A stretch of DNA of 64,000 nucleotides. Source: an uncultured bacterium (lineage in GTDB: Bacteria; Zixibacteria; MSB-5A5; GN15; FEB-12). Where the stretch lies: NCBI GenBank assembly GCA_965372795.1, contig CBDVDR010000001.1, positions 32,001 to 96,000 on the forward strand. Direction: 5' to 3'. Position 1 is the stretch's first letter. Every line of letters begins with the position of its first letter. This document shows, in pieces, positions 1-10,800 of this stretch. The notes under the pieces were generated by a model. The model saw only the letters and a program-made list of their open reading frames with translations. It made no database searches and had not been told where the DNA came from. The position numbers and the translations under genes are program-made.

Positions 1-648
1 ATTAGTTTTGGTAGGGACATTATGTTCATCAGATGCCGGAATACTGTTTTCAACAACCGGAGTTAATTTTGCGATTGTGTAACAGTATGGTCCGCCCCAA
101 TCAGGGAAAAGTCGATCGCCAGAACTGGCCCACTCCCAATCATTCACCGGTGGGTAATATGAACTGTCGATACAAATAATGCCACCATCGTAGCCAATAT
201 CAATTGGACCGATTGTAACAGACCAAACAACTTCATTAAACCCACTTGGAATACCTGGTGAAAACATAGCAACTCCACCAAATCCAATCGTATCCGCTCC
301 AATACCATCAAGGCTATATGGACTGACAAACTGCAAATCCATCATACTTGTCGTAATAGCACCGGTAAATTCTCCGTAAGTAGTATCCCAAACGGCACCG
401 GATGGAGAATAGACTCTAAAACCATTTGCAGAAGCCCTCAGTAACTCAGACATAGTAACCTCTAATCGAAAGTTAAAGGTCAGCTGCTGTCCGGCGGCAA
501 CCGTATTCGGTGCAATCATCCCTTCAACATTATCAATGGTAATGAGTCCTGTTTGCCCGAATGAAATTACCGGTGAAAGTACCAGCAACGCGATTATCGT
601 AAACAGAGTTACCCGCTTACATTTAAAGCAAGATGCAGCCACCCTCAT
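1..648 (-). CDS. Secreted protein, 5' part only (runs off the window's left edge); N-terminal lineage-specific beta-sandwich domain followed by the probable start of an Ig-like domain
   Basis: Not in the ORF track; translated by hand from ATG at 648 (GGAG upstream): MRVAASCFKCKRVTLFTIIALLVLSPVISFGQ...NGFRVYSPSGAVW...ICIDSSYYPP...FPDWGGPYCYTIAKLTPVVENSIP, open to base 1. Signal-peptide-like N-terminus. Confidence 0.85.
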   Translation of the reverse strand, partial: MRVAASCFKCKRVTLFTIIALLVLSPVISFGQTGLITIDNVEGMIAPNTVAAGQQLTFNFRLEVTMSELLRASANGFRVYSPSGAVWDTTYGEFTGAITTSMMDLQFVSPYSLDGIGADTIGFGGVAMFSPGIPSGFNEVVWSVTIGPIDIGYDGGIICIDSSYYPPVNDWEWASSGDRLFPDWGGPYCYTIAKLTPVVENSIPASDEHNVPTKTN

Positions 649-684
649 ATATTGCTCCGTTTTTTTATTATTTGGATTTAAGAT

Positions 685-713
685 AATATAGGAATAAATA
701 CTCTATTTGTCAA
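685..713 (-). promoter_or_regulatory. Sigma70-type promoter for the 1..648 gene
   Basis: Minus strand TTGACA-N17-TATATT. Confidence 0.6.
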
Positions 714-738
714 TATAGCATCTATTTTTGGGGGGGTT

Positions 739-775
739 AAAACCCACCCCCCTTGATAGCCAAGAGGGGTGATTT
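739..775 (-). terminator. Intrinsic terminator after the three-paralog cluster
   Basis: Minus strand CACCCCTCTTG-GCTAT-CAAGGGGGGTG hairpin followed by GGTTTT. Confidence 0.65.
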
Positions 776-781
776 TAATAA

Positions 782-3700
782 TTATTTACAAATGTGGTAA
801 TCAACTGGCGGTGGAGAACCCGGAACAAACATGAAGTCTACAAAGTAAGTCAGATCTGAGATATTTAGTTCACAGTCTCCATTATTGTCAAATGTCACAA
901 AACAGTGTGGTGCCGGTGAACCGGGAATAAACAAATAATCTACATAGAAAGTCAGATCGGAAATGCCAACATCTCCATCACCATTCGCATCTCCCATAGT
1001 TCCACAAGTAGGAGTTAAAAAATATAAATCAAAGAATGATTGAGCATCAGCAGCAATATTTTCAAGATTATTAGCTCCACTCGTATTGTAAATTCCATCA
1101 GGATAAGATGCGTTCATGGTCGTCATAAAGGCTGTGAAAAAGTGGAGAGTATCGCTACCACCCATATCAAGACCGGAAACATAGGTAAAACCGGAGTGCA
1201 TATCGGTTGCCGATGAATCTGAAAGTATTGTCCCCGGAGTTGTATGCATCATGCGCAGCGTGTCAGTATCAAATCCAAGACCATACTGATAGACTAAACG
1301 ATTATTGGAGCCGGTATATTTATTAAACAAATTAAAATTGTTGTCAGGGATTGTTTGATGATTATAAGGCTGGGAAGAGAATTCAAACCCTCCAAGATAC
1401 ATCATGGCGCCAAATCGTTCATCGCTGGGCCATTCTTCACTGGAAGATGGAAGAGTGTCAGAATATTCAAGTCCGCCCTGCCAAACAAAATCAGCAATCC
1501 CATAACCTTCAAACATCGGATCGTTACCAAACCCGTGCGAATTATCAGCCCCCGAATCTGAAGGTATGTCCCAATCCATTACTTCTCCGATTATGACACC
1601 GTTTTGAGGAATACCACTAAAGGTATATACTTTGGTCTGCTTGATAACAAAACCACATGAATAATTCGGATCGGTCGGCGCATACCAAATAACTTCAAAA
1701 GCCAACGACGAATCATTATTGGTGAAGACACCCGTATAGTAAATATCCGCCCAGTTTTTTACTGAATGATGAGGAATTTTACCGGGAATGTCCTGCGGCA
1801 GCAACGCTACCGAGTCTGCAATGTTAACCCCATACATCCCCCAGTTCATGATAGAATTGTCAGAACCAACAACAAGACTGTTGTCATAAACATACCTATC
1901 AAAGTGATGGTTCCATTCGCCATCATCCAAAGTATCATACGCCATATTGGCTCCCCCCGGAGTACCGGCATTTCCGGCATTACCATTAGTTCCGACAATA
2001 AGCTCGGTACAGGCGGTGCGGATAGTATCCCAGGTCGGTTGAACGCAAGTATCGGCAACGACAAGTTCGACTTCAAAAGCGCCCGAACCACTCGGTGCAT
2101 CATGTTCAAAAATAACCCGCCCGGTCACTTTTACAACCCAACCCGGTGAATTGATTGCAAGATTACCATTAAGTGTTATAGTACCTTCTTCTTTATTATT
2201 CTGACCAAATTCAATCAAACCATCAAAATCAGGTGAGATTGTTAACCATCCGGTTAAGGCAGGCTGATCTTCTACGATAGTTGTAGTATAATGCAAATCA
2301 GCTGTACCGTTGTTTTCAAGAGTAAGGTCAATAATTTCTGATTCCCCATGTTTAACACAGTCAGGAAAGCCAAATCTTATTGGATACATTACACACTGTG
2401 GAGCAGTTACTTCTTTTACACAAGGTATTCGCATCCACAGATAATCATTAGCGGTCCATTCTCCTTCACTATTGATGGCACCACCCGGAATTTGATCATC
2501 CATAAAAGCTACATCAAGATAATAACTGTTGTCATGAACGGCACCGGTAGTCATCGCATAAGTGGTGCAAATATTAGAAACCAACGGACCAACTATTGGA
2601 TAATCGGAGCCTTGTTCATTCATGGTTGACCAGCTTTCCGAAGGACAGGGACCGTTACCTTCCGGGTCACAGGCTTTGCCGTCAAAATAAACATCCGGTC
2701 CACCATAGGAATTAGTTATCCCTCTTGGATTATCCCAGGTCAAGCCGGACAAATCACCGGAGACTGAAATAAACAGATCACCATTGGCGGCACCACTTGC
2801 ATCACCATCAAAAGCACGTTGTCCGCAATCATCATGGTTCTCATTGCCCGAAGTGTTTGGGCTGTTATATTCCACCCACATCACATATAATCTATTATTA
2901 CATTCGGAAATTTGTACTTTAGCGACATTCTCACTAAATAATGAAGGCGTGCAATTTTCAGGATTCCATTGAGCCGAAGTTACTGTTCTGAGATTACCCT
3001 GTCCCCCGGGGATAAACCCGAGGTCTTCTGACCAATGAAATATACGGGAAGCATAACGCCCCATATCCAATTCGTCCCACTCCATCGCTACATAGGCAAC
3101 ATGATATTTTTCATCAGTTGTGATCATCGTTGAAATATCATTAAATGGGCGAAAACCATTTTGACCGGCAACGTTCTTTGTAATATTAATTCTTGGTTCC
3201 CAGTAGTTTCCTCCCGGAGTCGGGTTGTATAAATCGCCAAGGTTTCCCCGTCCGAAATTTCTATTTATCTGATAATACAGATCATTGTCCCATCGATCAC
3301 GTTCGGCTGATCCGGACGAACTGCTCTGGGAGCAGGTATCACATCCCGGCTCATCGGGAAGCAATCCCACCCAGGTTATCGCCACAGTTCCGTTAGGTGA
3401 GGCACACAGGTCGTAGCCTTCTACACCGTAAATGGTATCAAGCGCACAGCCATAAACCCAGGTTCCGTTGGACCCGTCTTCTGGGTCAACTTTCTGAAAA
3501 TAACTTAAATTTTTGACTCCATCAAAACGACCACGCGAAGAACCGATCAAATGAATTATCGGGGCACCATCAGGCGGGTCCTGATAAGCAATATCAGGCC
3601 AGATAACTTCTGCATCTTTTGGAAAATCAGGAGATAAATTTCCGCAATCGTTCAAAGAATCCGGTACCCGATCAGAAACAGAGAAAAATGAAGTATTGCA

Positions 3701-4267
3701 AGTATGTTGAATCCAATATTGAGTCCGAAAATCTCCCCCATTTGATAACTGTTCTTGAGCAATATAAATTAAACGATTATCAGATGTTGTAACAACCGAA
3801 GTGAACCCGGGATAATAATAACAACCCCAACAACTATAAAATCCTACTATAGTACCTGATACACCATCCCAACCGCTATGTTCTACTTCACGGTCTTCTT
3901 GTATAGCACTGGGAAGCATTGTCCAGGCAAGATGCATTGTCCATGGGCAAGCCTCACTTGATCCCCATGTTATCTGGCGGTGCATTGAACCGTAATGCTG
4001 TAACTCATGATAAGAGAAACCCATTTTCTCACCAAAACCGACGCCGGCTTTAGTATTATCAAGTGAAGTTCTGGTTCTTGGGCTATCTGTCACAATGCCC
4101 GAACTGGTCTCCGGAAAGGCATATTCTACTACTCGGCTGGCAAGGGGCGATTTAACCCGAGCTTGTGACTCGTCCTGAGATTTGGCGGCGAAAAGATTCA
4201 GCGAAAAAAAGGCGGTGATAAAGAGCGTGAGGATTAAAACTAAAATAACTCTTTTTGAAACCATCAT
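782..4267 (-). CDS. Large secreted Cys-rich protein with C-terminal dockerin-like module (paralog 1, 1161 aa)
   Basis: True start is MMVSK at 4267 (CAGGGGAAA upstream, same start as paralog 3). Signal peptide; C-terminal GDANGDGDVGISDLTFYVDYLF...DNNGDCELNISDLTYFVDFMF duplicated Ca-binding loops. Confidence 0.85.
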   Translation of the reverse strand: MMVSKRVILVLILTLFITAFFSLNLFAAKSQDESQARVKSPLASRVVEYAFPETSSGIVTDSPRTRTSLDNTKAGVGFGEKMGFSYHELQHYGSMHRQITWGSSEACPWTMHLAWTMLPSAIQEDREVEHSGWDGVSGTIVGFYSCWGCYYYPGFTSVVTTSDNRLIYIAQEQLSNGGDFRTQYWIQHTCNTSFFSVSDRVPDSLNDCGNLSPDFPKDAEVIWPDIAYQDPPDGAPIIHLIGSSRGRFDGVKNLSYFQKVDPEDGSNGTWVYGCALDTIYGVEGYDLCASPNGTVAITWVGLLPDEPGCDTCSQSSSSGSAERDRWDNDLYYQINRNFGRGNLGDLYNPTPGGNYWEPRINITKNVAGQNGFRPFNDISTMITTDEKYHVAYVAMEWDELDMGRYASRIFHWSEDLGFIPGGQGNLRTVTSAQWNPENCTPSLFSENVAKVQISECNNRLYVMWVEYNSPNTSGNENHDDCGQRAFDGDASGAANGDLFISVSGDLSGLTWDNPRGITNSYGGPDVYFDGKACDPEGNGPCPSESWSTMNEQGSDYPIVGPLVSNICTTYAMTTGAVHDNSYYLDVAFMDDQIPGGAINSEGEWTANDYLWMRIPCVKEVTAPQCVMYPIRFGFPDCVKHGESEIIDLTLENNGTADLHYTTTIVEDQPALTGWLTISPDFDGLIEFGQNNKEEGTITLNGNLAINSPGWVVKVTGRVIFEHDAPSGSGAFEVELVVADTCVQPTWDTIRTACTELIVGTNGNAGNAGTPGGANMAYDTLDDGEWNHHFDRYVYDNSLVVGSDNSIMNWGMYGVNIADSVALLPQDIPGKIPHHSVKNWADIYYTGVFTNNDSSLAFEVIWYAPTDPNYSCGFVIKQTKVYTFSGIPQNGVIIGEVMDWDIPSDSGADNSHGFGNDPMFEGYGIADFVWQGGLEYSDTLPSSSEEWPSDERFGAMMYLGGFEFSSQPYNHQTIPDNNFNLFNKYTGSNNRLVYQYGLGFDTDTLRMMHTTPGTILSDSSATDMHSGFTYVSGLDMGGSDTLHFFTAFMTTMNASYPDGIYNTSGANNLENIAADAQSFFDLYFLTPTCGTMGDANGDGDVGISDLTFYVDYLFIPGSPAPHCFVTFDNNGDCELNISDLTYFVDFMFVPGSPPPVDYHICK

Positions 4268-4313
4268 TTTCCCCTGTATAAATCTGTTCCCTCTATAATA
4301 TATCATATTACCC

Positions 4314-7300
4314 TTATTTGCAAATATGACATGGCACCGGTTCCGGACAAAACGGATCAAACATATAACATACAACGTAAGTTAAATCTGATATCCCAAG
4401 CTCACAATCACCATTCAGATCAAACTCTTCAAAACATGCTGGAGCCGGAGCTCCGGGAACAAACAAATAGTCTACAAAGTATGTTAGATCAGAAATACTG
4501 AAGTCACCATCATGATTCGCATCACCCATTAACTCACAGCATCCGGGTGGAATAATTGGAGTAAAGAAATCTCTGGCATCAGCAGCTATATTAGCCAAAT
4601 TATTTGCGCTGGCAGTATTGGTAACACCATCCGGATAGGAAGAATTCATGGTCGTCATAAAGGCTGTGAAGAAATGAAGAGTATCTGTTCCACCCAAATC
4701 AAGACCGGAAACATAGGTCATGCCGGAGTGCATATCGGCTGCCGATGAATCAGAAAGGATTGTGCCCGGAATACTATGCATCAGGCGCAATGTATCAACA
4801 TTGAATCCGAGATGATAAGGATAGACCAGACGACCATTGGAACCGGTATATATATTAAACAGATCAAATCTACGATCTGGTATGGCACCATATTCATAAG
4901 GCAAAGTTGAAAATTCATATCCCCCAAGATACATCATCGCCCCATACCGTTCATCACTTGGCCATTCTTCATCTGGTGACGGAAGCGTATCAGCATATTC
5001 AAGTCCGCCCTGATAAACAAAATCAGGAATCTCTTCCCCCGCAAACATACCATCGTTACCAAAACCGTGCGAATTGTCGGTTCCCGAATCAGACGGCACA
5101 TCCCAGTCAGCGACTTCACCGATTATAATATCATCATGCGGAGCCCCATCAAATGAATAAACTTTGGTGTGCTTAATTACAAAACCACATGAGAAGGCTG
5201 GATCAGTTGGCGCATGCCAGGTAACTTCAACTGCAATAGAAGAATCATTATTGGTGAAAACTCCCGTGTTGTAAATATCCGCCCAGAAAGTTGATGAATG
5301 TGACGGCGCTTTACCGGGAATGTCCTGCGGCAATAACGCCACCGAGTCAGCAATATTAACCCCATACATCCCCCAGTTCATCGTAGCATTGCCACCCGTT
5401 CCCGAACCAATGATGGTACTGTTGTCATACAGATACCTATCAAACAGAGGGTTCCACTCGCCGTCACTCAGTGTATCATAAGCCAAATTGACTCTCCCCG
5501 GAGAACCGGTATTACCGGCAGTTCCATTAGAGGCTACAATAAGTTCGGTGCAGGCAGTTTGAATAGTGTCCCAGGTTGGTTGAACACAGGTGTCAGCTAC
5601 TACCAGTTCTACTTCAAAAACATCGGAACCGCTCGGTGCATCATGATCAAAAATGACCCGTCCGGTAACTCTTACAACTGTACCCGGAGAGTTGATGGCA
5701 AGATTACCATTTAGAACAACAGAACCAATTTCTTTATTGTTTTGTCCATACTCAATCAAGCCGTCAAACGGATCAAAATCACCCGACAGCGTAAGCCATC
5801 CGGTAACACCCGGCTGATCTTCTACAATTGTCGTAGTATAATGCAAATCTGCAGTGCCATTATTTTCTATCACCAAGTTTACAATTGCTTCATCCCCATG
5901 TTTAAGACAATTTGGAAAACCGTATTCTGTAATATTCATAGTAAAGCCGGCAAGAGTAATTTCCTTTACACAAGGAATCCGCATCCACAGATAATCATTA
6001 TTTGTCCATTCCCCTTCACTATTGATCGCACCCCCGGGAATAATATCATCCATGTAGGCAATATCGAGATAGAAACTGTTATCATGAATCGCACCGGTGG
6101 TCATCGCATAAGTGGTGCAAATATTAGAAACTGACGGACCAACTATTGGGTAATCGGAGCCTTGTTCATTCATGGTTGACCAGCTTTCAGTCGGACAGGG
6201 ACCGTTCCCTACCGGGTCACAGGCTTTACCGTCAAGATAAGCAGATCGACCACCATAAGAATTTGTTATTCCTCTGGGATAATCCCAGGTTAATCCATAA
6301 TCTCCTGATACTGAAAGAAACAGATCACCATTAGCGGCTCCATCAGAATCACCATCAAAAGCACGTTGTCCGCAATCGTCATGATTCTCATTCCCGGTCG
6401 TATTCGGGCTGTTGTATTCCACCCACATCACATATAATCTATTATTACATTCGGAAATTTGTACCTTAGCAACATTTTCACTGAAAGAAGAAGGGGTGCA
6501 ATTTTCAGGCTCCCATTGAGCCGCTGTCACAGTGCGGATGTTCCCTTTTCCACCTGGGGAAAATCCAAGGTCTTCTGACCAATGGAATATACGGGAAGCA
6601 TAACGCCCCATATCCAATTCGTCCCACTCCATCGCCACAAAGGCAACATGATATTTTTCATCAGTTGTTATAATAGTTGAAAGATCGGCAAATGGTCGAT
6701 AGCCATTTACGCCGGCATCATTTCTGGTAACATTAACTCTTGGTTCCCAGTAGTTTCCTCCCGGTGTTGGATTGTAAAGGTCTCCAAGATTCCCCCGTCC
6801 GAAATTTCGATTAAGTTGATAATACAGATCATTGTCCCATCGGTCCCGTTCAGCCGAGCCAGTCGAACTGGATTGGGAACAAGTATCGCACCCCGGCTCA
6901 TCGGGAAGCAACCCCACCCACGTAATCGCAACGGTTCCATTAGGAGACGCACACAGGTCGTAGCCTTCAAGCCCATAAACCGTATCAATCGCACAACCAA
7001 AAGTCCAGATACCGTTACTGCCGTCCTCAGGGTCAACTTTTTGGAAATAGCTTAAGTTTTTGACTCCATCAAAACTACTACTCGAAGAACCGATCAAATG
7101 AATAATCGGGGCACCATCTGGTGGTTCCTGATAAGCGATATCTGGCCAGATCACGGCAGCATCATCCGTATTGCCGATATGAGTATTACCACAATCATTA
7201 AGAGAATCAGGCACTCGATCAGAAACTGAATAAAACGAAGTATTACAGGTATGTTGAATCCAATATTGAGTACGATAATTGGCACCCGCTGCCAGACGAT

Positions 7301-7814
7301 TGTGAGCAACACGAATCAAACGATTATCATCTGTTACTTCTAAGGTGGGAAAACCCGAATAACCATAATTCGGCCATTGTGAATAAAAACCAACTATAGT
7401 TCCTGATGCACCATCCCAGCCACTTGTTTCAACCTCACGATCTTCTAAAATCGCACTGGGAAGCATCATCCAGATAAGGTGCATTGTCCAGGGACAATTT
7501 TCAGTTGACCCCCAAGATATCTGGCGGTGCATCGAACCAAAATGTTGAAATTCGTAATAAGAAAAACCCATTTTCTCACCAAACCCGACTCCGGTTTTGG
7601 TGGGATCAAGCGAGGTTCGTTCATATTTGTTATTAGTCACAAGGCCCGGATTACTCTCCGGGAACGCATATTCTACGACTCGGCTGGCGAGCGGCGATTT
7701 TACCCGCGCCTGTGACTCGTCTTGAGATTTGGCGGCGAAAAGATTTTGCGAAAAAAAGGCGGCGATAAAGAAGATGAGGATTAAAACTGAAATAACTCTT
7801 TTTGAAACCATCAT
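4314..7814 (-). CDS. Large secreted Cys-rich protein with C-terminal dockerin-like module (paralog 2, 1166 aa)
   Basis: Start MMVSK at 7814; colinear with paralogs 1 and 3; CCELMGDANHDGDFSISDLTYFVDYLF...DLNGDCELGISDLT. Confidence 0.85.
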   Translation of the reverse strand: MMVSKRVISVLILIFFIAAFFSQNLFAAKSQDESQARVKSPLASRVVEYAFPESNPGLVTNNKYERTSLDPTKTGVGFGEKMGFSYYEFQHFGSMHRQISWGSTENCPWTMHLIWMMLPSAILEDREVETSGWDGASGTIVGFYSQWPNYGYSGFPTLEVTDDNRLIRVAHNRLAAGANYRTQYWIQHTCNTSFYSVSDRVPDSLNDCGNTHIGNTDDAAVIWPDIAYQEPPDGAPIIHLIGSSSSSFDGVKNLSYFQKVDPEDGSNGIWTFGCAIDTVYGLEGYDLCASPNGTVAITWVGLLPDEPGCDTCSQSSSTGSAERDRWDNDLYYQLNRNFGRGNLGDLYNPTPGGNYWEPRVNVTRNDAGVNGYRPFADLSTIITTDEKYHVAFVAMEWDELDMGRYASRIFHWSEDLGFSPGGKGNIRTVTAAQWEPENCTPSSFSENVAKVQISECNNRLYVMWVEYNSPNTTGNENHDDCGQRAFDGDSDGAANGDLFLSVSGDYGLTWDYPRGITNSYGGRSAYLDGKACDPVGNGPCPTESWSTMNEQGSDYPIVGPSVSNICTTYAMTTGAIHDNSFYLDIAYMDDIIPGGAINSEGEWTNNDYLWMRIPCVKEITLAGFTMNITEYGFPNCLKHGDEAIVNLVIENNGTADLHYTTTIVEDQPGVTGWLTLSGDFDPFDGLIEYGQNNKEIGSVVLNGNLAINSPGTVVRVTGRVIFDHDAPSGSDVFEVELVVADTCVQPTWDTIQTACTELIVASNGTAGNTGSPGRVNLAYDTLSDGEWNPLFDRYLYDNSTIIGSGTGGNATMNWGMYGVNIADSVALLPQDIPGKAPSHSSTFWADIYNTGVFTNNDSSIAVEVTWHAPTDPAFSCGFVIKHTKVYSFDGAPHDDIIIGEVADWDVPSDSGTDNSHGFGNDGMFAGEEIPDFVYQGGLEYADTLPSPDEEWPSDERYGAMMYLGGYEFSTLPYEYGAIPDRRFDLFNIYTGSNGRLVYPYHLGFNVDTLRLMHSIPGTILSDSSAADMHSGMTYVSGLDLGGTDTLHFFTAFMTTMNSSYPDGVTNTASANNLANIAADARDFFTPIIPPGCCELMGDANHDGDFSISDLTYFVDYLFVPGAPAPACFEEFDLNGDCELGISDLTYVVCYMFDPFCPEPVPCHICK

Positions 7815-7860
7815 TTTCCCCTGTATAAAACTGTTCCCTCTATAATATATTATAATATCC

Positions 7861-10800
7861 TTATTTGCACAAGTGACAAGGCGGTGGTCCCGGTGAACCC
7901 GGTACAAACAAGTAATCTACAAAAAATGTTAGGTCAGATATATTTAATTCACAATCAGCCACATTATCAAATTCTTCAAAACATTCTGGTCCCGGCGACC
8001 CCGGAATAAATAAGTAATCTACAAAAAATGTCAAATCACCAATTCCAACATCCCCATCCCCATTGGCATCACCCGGTGTATCAAGGCAACCTGAGCAGCC
8101 TCCACCAAGATATGAGTCAAAGAATGCTCTGGCATCATTTGCAATATTAATCAAATTCATCGCACTGCCGGTGTTGGTTATTCCGCTCGGGAAGGTAGCA
8201 TTCATGGTGGTCATCATGGCTATAAAAAAGTGAAGAGTATCAGTTCCGCCCAAATCAAGACCGGATACATACGTCATCCCCGAAAGCATATCAGTTGCCG
8301 ATGAATCTGAAAGAATTGTCCCGGGAGTTCTGTGTATATTTAAAAGAGTATCGAGATTGATATCAGATTTTAATTGATCAATCATACTATTAGATGATAA
8401 AGTATATTTATTAAAAGGATCCCTAAAATATCTATCTGCTATTCCTATATAAGTATATGGATGAGTTGAATACTCAAATCCTCCAAGATACATCATCGCC
8501 GCATAGCGTTCATCACTGGGCCATTCTTCATCAGGTAATGGTAATGTATCAGAATATTCAAGTCCGCCTTGATAAACAAAATCAGGAATCTCTTCCCCGG
8601 AAAACATAGCATCATAACCAAAGCCGTGCGAGTTGTCTCTTCCCGAATCAGAAGGCACATCCCAGTCGATAATGTCTCCGATGATTATATTATCATGCGG
8701 GAGTCCATCAAACGAATAAACCTTGGTGTGCTTAATTACAAAGCCACATGAGAAACTCGGATCCATCGGCGCATACCAGGTTGCTTCAATAGCAATAGAT
8801 GAATCATGCGTTGTATAAACACCGGTATAATAAATATCCGCCCAGGCAATGGTTGAATGTGAAGGCTCTTTACCGGGGATATTCTGTGGTAGTAACGCTG
8901 CCGAGTCAGCTATCATTGTCTGGAACATTCCCCAGTTCATATTATAATTCTCGGAGGTTCCATAACCAATAATAGTTCCGTTATCATACAGATAAGTATC
9001 GAACAGAGGGTTCCATTCACCATCAACCAATGTATCATAAGCCATGTTGCAGCCGCCCGGAGAACCGGCTTTTCCGGCGTTGCCATTGGATCCTACAATC
9101 AGTTCGATACAGGCAGTTCGAATAGTATCCCAACTTGGTTGAACGCAAGTGTCTGCTACGACCAGTTCAACTTCAAAGTTATTTGATCCATTCGGTGCAT
9201 CATGATCAAAAACAACCCGTCCGGTTACTCTGACAACTGTACCCGGAGAGTTGATGGCAAGATTTTCATTCAGGGTGATAGTACCTTCTTCTTTATTATT
9301 CTGACCAAATTCTACCAACCCATCAAAATCTTCCGAAATTGTCAACCATCCGGTTGATGCCGGCTGATCTTCTACGATTGTCGTAGTATAATGTAAATTT
9401 GCTGTTCCTGAATTCTCAATGGTTACCTCGAGAACTTCGGCTTCACCATGTTTAACACAGTTGGGGTATGAAAATTGGGTTAAGCTTAAAGCAAATCCCG
9501 GATCGATCACTGCTTGTACACAAGGTATCCTCATCCACAAATAATCATTGTTAGTCCAATCCCCTTCACTCATAATTGCCCCACCGGGAATTTGATCATC
9601 TATATAGGCAATATCAAGATAGTAATTGTTATCATGAACGGCACCGGTTGTCATAGCATAAGTAGTACATATATTTGAAACTTCCGGTAGTGCCACCCGG
9701 TAATCAGAGCCATGCTCGTTCATAGTCGGCCAATGTTCTGCCGGACAGGGACCATTGCCTTCCGGGTCACACGCTTTACCGTCAAGATAAGCCGATGGAC
9801 CACCGTAAGAATTGGTTATCCCTCTTGGATTATCCCAGCTCAGACCAACAAGATCATCGGAGACAGAGAGAAACAGATCACCATTGGCCGCCCCATCAGG
9901 ATCACCGTCAAAAGCTCGCTGTCCGCAATCATCATGGTTATCATTTCCGGTAGTGTTCGGGCTGTTAAGCTCGACCCACATAACATACAGTCTGCCGCCA
10001 CATTCTGAGATTGAAAGTTTCGCTACGTTTTCGTTGTACTTTTGAGGAGTGCAATTTTCAGGCTCCCATTCTGCTGAGGTAACTGTTCGTATATTTCCCT
10101 GACCCGATGCTAAAAAGCCAAGGTCTTCTGACCAGTGAAATATTCTTGAGGCATAACCGCCGATCGCCGCTTCATCCCATTTCATTGCTACAAAGGCAGT
10201 ATGGAATTTTTCATCTGTAGTTATCAATGTTGAAATATCTGCAAAAGGACGGTAACCATTTTCACCGGCTACGTTCTTTGTTACGTTGATTCTATTTTCC
10301 CAATAGTTTCCTCCCGGAGTCGGATTGTAAAGTTCCCCGAGATTACCGCGACCAAAGTTTCTATTTAGTTGAACAAACAGATCATTGTCCCAGCGGTCAC
10401 GACCAGTAGATCCGGTTGATGTTGATTGTGAACAGGTATCACACCCCGGTTCATCGGGAAGCAACCCCACCCAGGTAATCGCAACTAAACCGTTGGGCGA
10501 GGCGCACAGATCGTACCCTTCACCGTTAAAGATTGTATCAATCGCACAACCATACGTCCAGCTGCCGTTGCTGCCATCCTCAGGGTCGACCTTCTGGAAA
10601 TAACTTAGGTTTGAAGGACCATTACCGCCACCAAACGCAGAGCCAATCAGATGAATTATTTCGGCACCATCAGGCGGATTCTGATAGGCAATATCAGGCC
10701 AGATAACAACGGCATTATCAGGAACATCAATATGGGTATTACCACAATCATTCAGAGTATCAGGTATTCGGTCGCTGACTGAGTAAAATGAAGTATTGCA

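Noticed and set aside
4268..4375. N-terminal extensions of paralogs 1 and 2 given in the ORF track (also 7815-7907)
   Set aside because: They overlap the upstream gene; the MMVS start has an RBS, begins a signal peptide and matches paralog 3.
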